A stretch of DNA of 56,781 bases from Burkholderiales bacterium. Its GTDB lineage: Bacteria; Pseudomonadota; Gammaproteobacteria; Burkholderiales; UBA11063. This document shows, in pieces, positions 49,407 to 56,781 of this stretch. The DNA is taken from NCBI GenBank assembly GCA_019744945.1, contig JAIETT010000020.1:1-56781 (forward strand), in the 5' to 3' direction. How positions within the stretch are numbered: the stretch's first letter is position 1; each line of letters opens with the position of its first letter. The notes under the pieces are model-generated. The model had not been told where the DNA came from, did no database searches, and saw only the letters and a list, made by a program, of their open reading frames with translations. A program made the translations under genes and the position numbers.

Positions 49407-49902
49407 CTTCACCCTCATAAGAACGAGCACCATTAACGATAAAGGTCGGCGTTCCAGTTGCTGCGTATTTAATGGCAAGATTAACCGCATATTGAACTTC
49501 TTTATTTACTTTAGTGCTACTTGCTAATTTATAAAATTGTGCATTATTTAATCCAGATGATTGGAGTGTGTATTTCAATGTTTCTGGCTGATATGCAGGT
49601 AGTCCTTGACTAAAAACGGCACTAAAGTATGCTTGACGAAATGTCCATTCCTTACCTAAGTCTTTTGCAGCAAAGTAAGCGTTGATTACCGCAACTTCAT
49701 TGATATTACTTTGGTCATACAATGGAACAGGGATATAGTTTACTTTTGGTTGTTTGGCCAAAGCTTCAACTTGTGGCTCAACATTAAAACAGTGAATGCA
49801 AGTAAATGAAAACACTTCTGCAACATCTAAAGCTGAAGCGTGACCAATACACCCTACCAAGGCAATCAGCTGTAATTTACGCAGAAAGTTCGATATGTTC
49901 AC
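49372..49902 (-). CDS. dsbA: DsbA-family thiol:disulfide oxidoreductase
   Basis: EVFSFTCIHCF, GTPTFIVNG. Confidence 0.85.
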   Translation of the reverse strand: MNISNFLRKLQLIALVGCIGHASALDVAEVFSFTCIHCFNVEPQVEALAKQPKVNYIPVPLYDQSNINEVAVINAYFAAKDLGKEWTFRQAYFSAVFSQGLPAYQPETLKYTLQSSGLNNAQFYKLASSTKVNKEVQYAVNLAIKYAATGTPTFIVNGARSYEGEDAIQQIYTDYR

Positions 49903-50161
49903 TTTGATCTGCCTTACGAGTTAAGTTATCTTCTATTTTTGTTTTTATTTCAGAAAAATTATTAATATCAATACTAATAATTTTAGAGTTAGCTAAAAAA
50001 CTTAAAATCCTAAACACCGTATTTAAGTTATGCACCCCTTTAAAAGTCGCAGAGCTATGATCTCTACTGTTTAAATAAAATAAATTAAAGTATGTACCAG
50101 AAAGATTAGCTTTTGAAATCTTAATAACTTCATCCGCAACAGTTGTAATACTTATTGACAT
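49877..50161 (-). CDS. Hypothetical protein
   Basis: 94-aa ORF, first gene after operator copy 8. Confidence 0.5.
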   Translation of the reverse strand: MSISITTVADEVIKISKANLSGTYFNLFYLNSRDHSSATFKGVHNLNTVFRILSFLANSKIISIDINNFSEIKTKIEDNLTRKADQSEHIELSA

Positions 50162-50220
50162 GGTTTATTCCTATATAAATTAATTATTAATGGATTTTAC
50201 AGAGATTAGAAAACAAAAAA

Positions 50221-50238
50221 ATACCCTAAAATGGGTAT
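50221..50238. promoter_or_regulatory. Palindromic operator, copy 8
   Basis: ATACCCtaaaatGGGTAT. Confidence 0.75.
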
Positions 50239-50268
50239 TTTTAATATTACTGACAAATAATTATGTAA

Positions 50269-50586
50269 TTATTTGTCAGTCTTAACTTTAAAATTAATTC
50301 TAATAAATGCTGTCATAAACAATATAACACAAATACATGGAGATATAAGAATGCTCCATTCATCATTGTGTGGTGATAATAAAAGTGGCAGCAAGTGCAG
50401 ATAACCGCCAATCATTCCTAATATCATGGCAATAAATAAAGATACCTTAATCATCATTACTTTAAATAAAAACTGATTAGTTAATTTTAGATCATTAGTA
50501 TTTCTAACAACATCTAGATTTGGTAATAACGATATTATGAAATTTGAAAATACTAATATCCCACAAGAAATTTTAAACAAAATCAT
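50269..50586 (-). CDS. Hypothetical membrane protein
   Basis: Three hydrophobic segments; AAGGA RBS. Confidence 0.6.
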   Translation of the reverse strand: MILFKISCGILVFSNFIISLLPNLDVVRNTNDLKLTNQFLFKVMMIKVSLFIAMILGMIGGYLHLLPLLLSPHNDEWSILISPCICVILFMTAFIRINFKVKTDK

Positions 50587-50763
50587 ATAACATCCTTTTT
50601 TATTACTAATTTTTTACATAACTGTAACAACTTGTTAAACACAGCTTTAAAGCACTCCAGAATTTCTGGACCCAAAATATAAGCTATAATTTCAACTATA
50701 ATATCAAGCATTTACCACCCCTTTTTTCACTGTTGAACATTTTTTGTATCTGCTACTCTAAAA

Positions 50764-51129
50764 TTACTTTGTTATAAACATCTTGTTCTTATTTTCAGGT
50801 AGATTTTTCTGATCAGACGTATAAATTCTTTCAATACACGGAATTGGCTTTCCAGAAGCATTGAGCATCACTGTTGTAAAATTTCCTCCTTTTATCTGAC
50901 TAACTAAATATTGCTGATTTTCAATACATTGAATGTATTTCTTATTATCAACTCGTTGAACTTCAATAAATTGATTATTCTCTCCACTTAACGTTTTAAA
51001 ATTAATAATGAGCCAAATAGCAAAGCATAAACTCATGGCTCCCATTAGAATCGCAGAAAACGTTTCATAATAAAAGCCAACAATTATTAACACTATACTA
51101 AATACACCAATCACCACCAACATTAACAT
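50764..51129 (-). CDS. Hypothetical membrane protein
   Basis: Two N-terminal TMs, C-terminal CIENQQYL..GKPIPC. Confidence 0.6.
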   Translation of the reverse strand: MLMLVVIGVFSIVLIIVGFYYETFSAILMGAMSLCFAIWLIINFKTLSGENNQFIEVQRVDNKKYIQCIENQQYLVSQIKGGNFTTVMLNASGKPIPCIERIYTSDQKNLPENKNKMFITK

Positions 51130-51270
51130 TCGAGTCCCCTTAAAAATTCACAAATTAACGATTAATCCTCAACCTTGCAATTCAAACACTTTAATGGCTT
51201 AAAATTTACTATCTTAACTTCAGTACTTGATTCCATTAATGTAATGATCTTACTCCTAATAACTTTTTAA

Positions 51271-51633
51271 TTAGTCTTTGTTAATCAGCTCAAGATCATC
51301 ATAGGTTAACTTACCAATCAGCAAATCATTGAGTACAGATTTGCATTGTTCAAGTTGTCTGTTAATCGATTTGTAATCCAGTGGAAAGTGAGCTTCATGC
51401 CAAGCTCTGTCTTCGATTGGATAATACATACAACTCAAGAAATCAATAATACGAATACTACCTTTAGTTCTAGGATGTACAACCACCTCAATCCTACCTA
51501 CAAAACCAGTTAAATTGACTTCAACCGCTAAGTCCGTAGTTTCAGTAATAATCATTCCAAGTCTAACTATGTCCAAGACAAGTTCATCTCGTTGTAATTT
51601 CAATTTATTCTGTGCTGCTGTTAATTTTTTCAT
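51271..51633 (-). CDS. Hypothetical protein
   Basis: 120-aa ORF with AAGGAG RBS. Confidence 0.65.
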   Translation of the reverse strand: MKKLTAAQNKLKLQRDELVLDIVRLGMIITETTDLAVEVNLTGFVGRIEVVVHPRTKGSIRIIDFLSCMYYPIEDRAWHEAHFPLDYKSINRQLEQCKSVLNDLLIGKLTYDDLELINKD

Positions 51634-51668
51634 ATCATAATCTCCTTAAATTTTCATCTAGGTAATAC

Positions 51669-52118
51669 CTAGATATTTTTACCATCAGCCATGCTTTCAA
51701 TTAGCTGTTGTCTTTCATTATTAATGTTCTTTTGTTCTTCTGCTTTTCTTTGATCCGATAATTCATTTTGCCATTTTATATAAGCATCTAATAAATCCGA
51801 TGAATTAAAATGATAGCCTTGTTTTTTTAATCTAATGTCTAACGCATCACAAGCATTTTTCTGGTATTCTGAAACACAGTTTGAATTGACAAACCTTGCA
51901 CAACTATTCACATAACTAATCTCCCACTCGTTGTAGCACTTTTCAGTAAAAAAATGTGAGTTCCACAGTGAATAATCTGGTGTTACTGCATCAAGTAATA
52001 ATTTCATATTAACTTTGTCATTCAGAGCGTTCTGTAGATCACTACTGCTGACACAGCCAGCTATTAATGTTGCAACCAAGATTGATATTAGTTTTTTCAT
52101 TTTATACCCATAAATCAA
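51669..52118 (-). CDS. Lipoprotein
   Basis: MKKLISILVATLIAGC lipobox. Confidence 0.65.
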   Translation of the reverse strand: MIYGYKMKKLISILVATLIAGCVSSSDLQNALNDKVNMKLLLDAVTPDYSLWNSHFFTEKCYNEWEISYVNSCARFVNSNCVSEYQKNACDALDIRLKKQGYHFNSSDLLDAYIKWQNELSDQRKAEEQKNINNERQQLIESMADGKNI

Positions 52119-52390
52119 AAGATGCCAAAATGGTTAAAAGTGCAAACACAAAGAAGATCATTGCAATTTTGATAACAAACTCTTCATCATTATCTGGGTC
52201 TGCATTACATTTAACTACTGCAATACCCATCATAATGGTACAAATAATTCCGATTATTACTAATAATATATTTAAGATCATTTCTTATTCACCTTGAAAA
52301 AGAGTGCAGTGCGAATTAAGGGGATGTACACTGCACTAAGGAGATCTATTATTACTAAGAGGAATTTTACAGAGATACGTTAATTTGAGA

Positions 52391-52408
52391 ATACCCAAAT
52401 ATGGGTAT
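52391..52408. promoter_or_regulatory. Palindromic operator, copy 9
   Basis: ATACCCaaatatGGGTAT. Confidence 0.75.
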
Positions 52409-52481
52409 TTTTTGCAGTTTTTGACTTTTCAAAAGATATGGACATGAAAAAAGCACCAGGAGTGGTGCTTTAGGATAAGTG

Positions 52482-52757
52482 TTAAAATTGTGGAGGGAGA
52501 TCATCCACATTACCTGAGAAATCTTCTGGATCAAAATTAGTTTGATCAATTGATTCGTCAGAGCTGTCTTTGATAACTGTAATATCAAAACAAGTTAATG
52601 ATAGTTGGGCTTTAGGCTCATTAGTCTTTTTATCGATATAAGCTGAAGCCTTAACAAAACCTTCAAATTTTAAGAAAATGTCTTTATCACAAGCATTTTC
52701 TGCAATCATCTGAGCAGTTTTAAAATATGTACCAACAAATACTGTTTTAAATTTCAT
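52482..52757 (-). CDS. SSB-like protein lacking an obvious N-terminal part
   Basis: FEGFVKASAYIDKKTNEPK and acidic tail DDLPPQF. Confidence 0.5.
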   Translation of the reverse strand: MKFKTVFVGTYFKTAQMIAENACDKDIFLKFEGFVKASAYIDKKTNEPKAQLSLTCFDITVIKDSSDESIDQTNFDPEDFSGNVDDLPPQF

Positions 52758-53054
52758 TGATCATGCCTATTATTTAGTTTACGTTCTTTATTACTTCTAC
52801 GACCTTTTGTAAACGCAGGAATAACCACACCAAAAATTAAAAAGCCAAAAATCACAATCAAAGGCAAGAATTTCATAATTTTTATCCTCATTAAAAATAA
52901 GAAAAGAGCGTAATTTAATTACACTCTTAAAACTCTTATGTAGCATCACACTATAAAAGCACTTTCAGAATATAATCTGATTGCTTTCCTCGTTATTATT
53001 TATTATTGTATATTATTAACGCTTGTGCCAATTACGCAGCAAGTTGGAATGAAA

Positions 53055-53291
53055 TTAATCATCATTATGAATATTACATAGCACACTCGAATAAATTGGA
53101 TTAGTCGTCATATCATCAGTGCTACGATAATCACCATAATTTTTATTAGTTTCACATTTATTCGAATGACCATACGCTTCTTGATTAATAGTAGAATCAT
53201 CTGAGCTAGGTGTTTTCAATACCGCAGAAACTAATTTCCACAGAATAAGCATTGAAATAATTGCTACAATTACAGCCATAACTACCTCCAA
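53055..53291 (-). CDS. Small membrane-anchored protein downstream of traG
   Basis: N-terminal TM; position typical of entry-exclusion genes (inference). Confidence 0.45.
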   Translation of the reverse strand: MEVVMAVIVAIISMLILWKLVSAVLKTPSSDDSTINQEAYGHSNKCETNKNYGDYRSTDDMTTNPIYSSVLCNIHNDD

Positions 53292-53346
53292 GTTAAATTA
53301 TGATTTCATGTAGCAATTTTACCATAACCTATTAAATTTTATTCAT

Positions 53347-55914
53347 TTAATCTTTTCCAGTTAGATATTTTTTACCAACTGGGGCACCTCCATTAGCTAT
53401 TCGTTCGGCTTCTTTCTCACCTCTTCTTGTTAATCCACCAAATACAGCCTTACCTACAACTCCTCCAACTTGACTTGCTTGATCCCCAATAATATTTAGA
53501 GGATCATTTTGCTTCTGATTTTGGTATTCGTAAAGATCTTGCTGCTGTTTATTTTCATGTGTGACGTAAGCATTTTTATCGTTAATATATTGTTGTGCAC
53601 CACCAGTAACGCTATCATTACCACCATTATTTCCATATTGGTTGGCGAGTTTATTTATTTTACCTTGAGCCGCATCATGATTTAAACCATCAGTTGAATA
53701 GTTTTGAGTGTCTCCCAAACTACGAACATACCGACCAGCAAAGTCACTGGCAAGCTGATTAAATTTAGCTGAATCGTTCTGTTGCATGTCTAACATTTGT
53801 TGTTCAGTATAACCTTGAGATTTAAGATCTTTGACAAGTTCCATATCTCCGTTGGTTTGTATTGAATACCCAGAAGAGTTTATTGTTGATTCCATTTTTT
53901 GGTAACTCTCAGCCATTGAAATCATCTTTTCAGATTGTTGAATCACGCCTTGTGTAGCGGCAAATGCATTCGTAATACTTGCGTTACCTCCATGACTGTA
54001 GCTATCGGCTGAATCTTTTAATTTAGATAGACTCTCTTTCATGTCGTTGAGAGATTTAACATTTATACCGCCACTAGCTCCAATAATGGCTTTTCCACCA
54101 CCAACCCCAAGACCTGCTTGCAATTCCGTCATAACTTGAAGAGCATTACCAATTGCATCACTTTGCTTAAGACCATTGCCAGTGGTGTGACTCTCACTAC
54201 CTTGAGTTCCCTTTTGAGCGTTATATAAACTTTGCCTTGCATTTGCGAAAGCTGTTTTCATACTACCCGCCTGAGTTTCTAACTCAGACCGTTGATTAGA
54301 TAACTGATGTTGAGCCGCTTGTTGATAATTGACTCCTGATATTAACTTATTATCCATCGCAGATGATTGAATAGTCGAAACATCCCCGACCGAAGTTACC
54401 GTGCCCGTTGAGCTTATATTTTTGTTTACATTTTCACCAGTTGTTGTAGTGGTTGTAAAATTACGATCGCCCATGTTCACCCGATTAATCTGCATATCCC
54501 CTAGAGCCTCTTGCTTACCTGCTTCGGTTGCGGAAGAGTTGGTTGCTGCAGAAAATCCACTCACGGCTCCCATCACGCCCATACCAGCTCGTTGCATCAA
54601 CATCCAAGTTAAGACAGGTACCATAGTTGATAAGTAACCAGCCGTGGAGACAATTCCACCATTGAGATCCCCTATCCTAAAGAAACTACTTAAAGTGAAT
54701 CCGCCATATTGCATGGCCAATGCATTACTCTTGTTAACCGCATAAACTGCAATTATTGAATTCAAGATTGCGTACATTACTGGCCACAACTGAATCCAAA
54801 ATAACACCTTAATATACTCCATTAAGACTTGCCAACCCCATGGAAACAATATTAAGAATGTTATTAACGGCCACAAGGCATAGGCCATGCTCTCAACTAC
54901 AATATGTAACCAAACTAATGAAACACTGGCAAATTGACTCCCTTGTCGCCAAGCACTAATTTGTTGATATTGCGCTCGAGCTTGATATAATGAATCCGCA
55001 GTCCCAGAATCTCCAAGCTTGATAGCTTGAGCTTGAACTGAAGCATATATAGCATTAATCATCATCGCTTGTTTTAATGAATTAGCTGAAGCATCAGTTG
55101 CCTGTTTAATGTAAGTATTGTCTAATTCTGTAATTGTATTCCAATTTTTTAGACCAGCCATGTTTAAAACAATTTCACCCTGTTGATTGAATTCACTTAA
55201 TAATGAATCTCGCAGCTCCAAACAAGTCATTACCGTACCATTGCTTACATCAGTATAAACATATCTATTTTTTAAATAGTTTGTACTCATCCCCCTCATC
55301 GCGTCCATATAATTAGGCGAATTAAATAATTGGTTACGTGTAAAGCCACTAAACCTTGTATTGATTGGTGTAATTGCTGGTAATAAACATTCTGCAATAA
55401 ATGGTTGCGCCACTTGCATTCCATTGGCATCAATTTGAGCTATGCTTGGTAGTGCATTGTAATATTGTGAACCAAATGCTATACCATTGCCACTATAGCT
55501 CTCAATTGGATTCATCCCTCCACCCATTACACTCTCATACATATTAGTTAATCCGTACCCAATAGTTGAAGTCAACCAACCAAAGGTAGATAACGCCCAT
55601 GGCGCATTACTAACCACGTAAGTTTTCTTGAGCGTAATATCTTCAATACGCACATCTGATTTAGGTACCACAATTACAAACATTATGATTGCGAACCTAA
55701 AAAACCACGGCCAATCAATCGCACCAGGTGAACCATCTGGACCTTTAGCGGCAAATGGACGAAGTGCTAAAATAAGTACCCCCAACACCGCAGCGATCCG
55801 ATATAGCCAGACTAATTCTGAATGCTTGTTAAAGTCAAACAACAGTGACATTGATTCTAATACTGAATTCAAATACTCACTTGCACCATAAGTATAAATA
55901 ACCATTTGTGCCAT
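53347..55914 (-). CDS. traG: F-type mating-pair stabilisation protein TraG
   Basis: IYTYG start, VSNAPWAL, WIQLWPVMYAILN, AGYLSTMVP, Ser/Gly/Gln-rich C-half. Confidence 0.9.
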   Translation of the reverse strand: MAQMVIYTYGASEYLNSVLESMSLLFDFNKHSELVWLYRIAAVLGVLILALRPFAAKGPDGSPGAIDWPWFFRFAIIMFVIVVPKSDVRIEDITLKKTYVVSNAPWALSTFGWLTSTIGYGLTNMYESVMGGGMNPIESYSGNGIAFGSQYYNALPSIAQIDANGMQVAQPFIAECLLPAITPINTRFSGFTRNQLFNSPNYMDAMRGMSTNYLKNRYVYTDVSNGTVMTCLELRDSLLSEFNQQGEIVLNMAGLKNWNTITELDNTYIKQATDASANSLKQAMMINAIYASVQAQAIKLGDSGTADSLYQARAQYQQISAWRQGSQFASVSLVWLHIVVESMAYALWPLITFLILFPWGWQVLMEYIKVLFWIQLWPVMYAILNSIIAVYAVNKSNALAMQYGGFTLSSFFRIGDLNGGIVSTAGYLSTMVPVLTWMLMQRAGMGVMGAVSGFSAATNSSATEAGKQEALGDMQINRVNMGDRNFTTTTTTGENVNKNISSTGTVTSVGDVSTIQSSAMDNKLISGVNYQQAAQHQLSNQRSELETQAGSMKTAFANARQSLYNAQKGTQGSESHTTGNGLKQSDAIGNALQVMTELQAGLGVGGGKAIIGASGGINVKSLNDMKESLSKLKDSADSYSHGGNASITNAFAATQGVIQQSEKMISMAESYQKMESTINSSGYSIQTNGDMELVKDLKSQGYTEQQMLDMQQNDSAKFNQLASDFAGRYVRSLGDTQNYSTDGLNHDAAQGKINKLANQYGNNGGNDSVTGGAQQYINDKNAYVTHENKQQQDLYEYQNQKQNDPLNIIGDQASQVGGVVGKAVFGGLTRRGEKEAERIANGGAPVGKKYLTGKD

Positions 55915-55916
55915 TA

Positions 55917-56712
55917 TTAATTACTCCTAAACTGTGAACTAAATGCGACTTGTTGTTGAAGTTCAGGTGATGCATAAGCTATAATTGCCGCTCTTAATTT
56001 GGTTAACGCATCCAAGACTTCTTGCGGATTCAATTTATTCTCACTTACATCTTTATCTACTTGAGCTTTAATTACACTTTGAGCTTGGCTAAATGAATTA
56101 ACAACTCCATCCAATCTACCAATTTGTGACGGGTCTACATTTGCCTTAAGTGTTGCCACTTTATTTGAAACAGCCATTGACAAATCGGTGAATAGTCGTT
56201 GATACATACGGTGCACTGAATAATCCATCCACTTATTAATAATTGTCATAGTATAACTATCCATGTCTAAATCAATACCAGCTTGCATCAATTGAAATAT
56301 TGGCGCATCAGCTAAACTTAGCACTGTCAAATCGTTATCTGTAATTTCACCAGTACCGCTAATGAGTGAGTTATGGATTTTGTTAATTTTATTATAAAGT
56401 AAAATTTGAAGACCACCAATTGATTTAGCATCAGACGTTTGATACTTATCGGTTGCTGGATTAAAGCAAACGTTTTTAGCCCTAAAGTTATCTTTATCCC
56501 AAGTAAAATCACAGTTATAAACTTTCTTAACATTTTGACTTTCTTGCGATTTAGCGTTAGTAATAGAATAAGCCATAATATCTGACATAGTAAATACTGG
56601 TGGAATTGCAATTGCATCTGCTTTAGCTTGATCATTGCTAGTATTTTTGTCAATTGGATTAGAATATACATCACCAACGGCACTAATAACTAAATTACCT
56701 AACTGGGTATTT
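55917..56712 (-). pseudogene. traH: 3' part of traH, truncated at an IS-like end
   Basis: Frame stays open upstream of 56588 (NTQLGNLVISAVGDV...) to 56712, then hits a stop within foreign sequence; directly upstream of traG as in F-type operons. Confidence 0.55.
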
Positions 56713-56781
56713 TAGCCCATCCCCCGAAATTGGCGGATTGGTTATAAACTCTGTGCTTAAATTTAACGTTAATGTCCACGA
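56713..56781. mobile_element. Probable terminal inverted repeat of an IS (IS3-family-like), cut by window end
   Basis: TAGCCCATCCCCCGAAATTGGCGGATTGG begins where the traH frame ends. Confidence 0.4.

Larger units (their letters stand above)
5850..56781. mobile_element. Conjugative plasmid/ICE backbone with F-type T4SS (boundaries not visible)
   Basis: T4CP, trbC, traU, traW, traN, traG, traH, ParM, ArdC-like, Nuc, HU; no chromosomal housekeeping genes. Confidence 0.85.

Noticed and set aside
1053-56683. Short antisense or nested ORFs (e.g. 1053-1283, 1313-1660, 19153-19584, 27303-27710, 41365-41571, 54401-54637, 56327-56683)
   Set aside because: Shadow frames of well-supported genes

Overview
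AT-rich segment of a conjugative plasmid or ICE with an F-type transfer system (coupling protein, trbC, traU, traW, split traN, dsbA, traG, truncated traH). It also carries ParM/ParR-like partitioning, a tyrosine recombinase, HU, the PLD nuclease Nuc, anti-defence-type genes (ArdC-like, DarG-like macrodomain, solitary N6-adenine MTase) and a Fec-like iron-uptake cargo operon. The main signal is a complete type II-C CRISPR-Cas locus whose full-length 1070-aa Cas9 has lost five catalytic residues across RuvC and HNH (D>N, E>Q, H>N; D>T, N>V). Its bridge helix, cas1, cas2, tracrRNA and 18-spacer array are preserved, which points to a natural nuclease-dead Cas9. A second tracrRNA with its own single-spacer mini-array lies about 13 kb from the first tracrRNA, right after the coupling-protein gene, and a small membrane-protein gene sits between cas9 and cas1. 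Independently, 12.0-14.2 kb has no credible ORF and is an almost continuous chain of hairpins with a GNRA-tetraloop-rich core (candidate giant ncRNA). A palindromic operator ATACCC-N6-GGGTAT occurs nine times, including upstream of cas9. All assignments come from motif reading by eye; no database searches were run.
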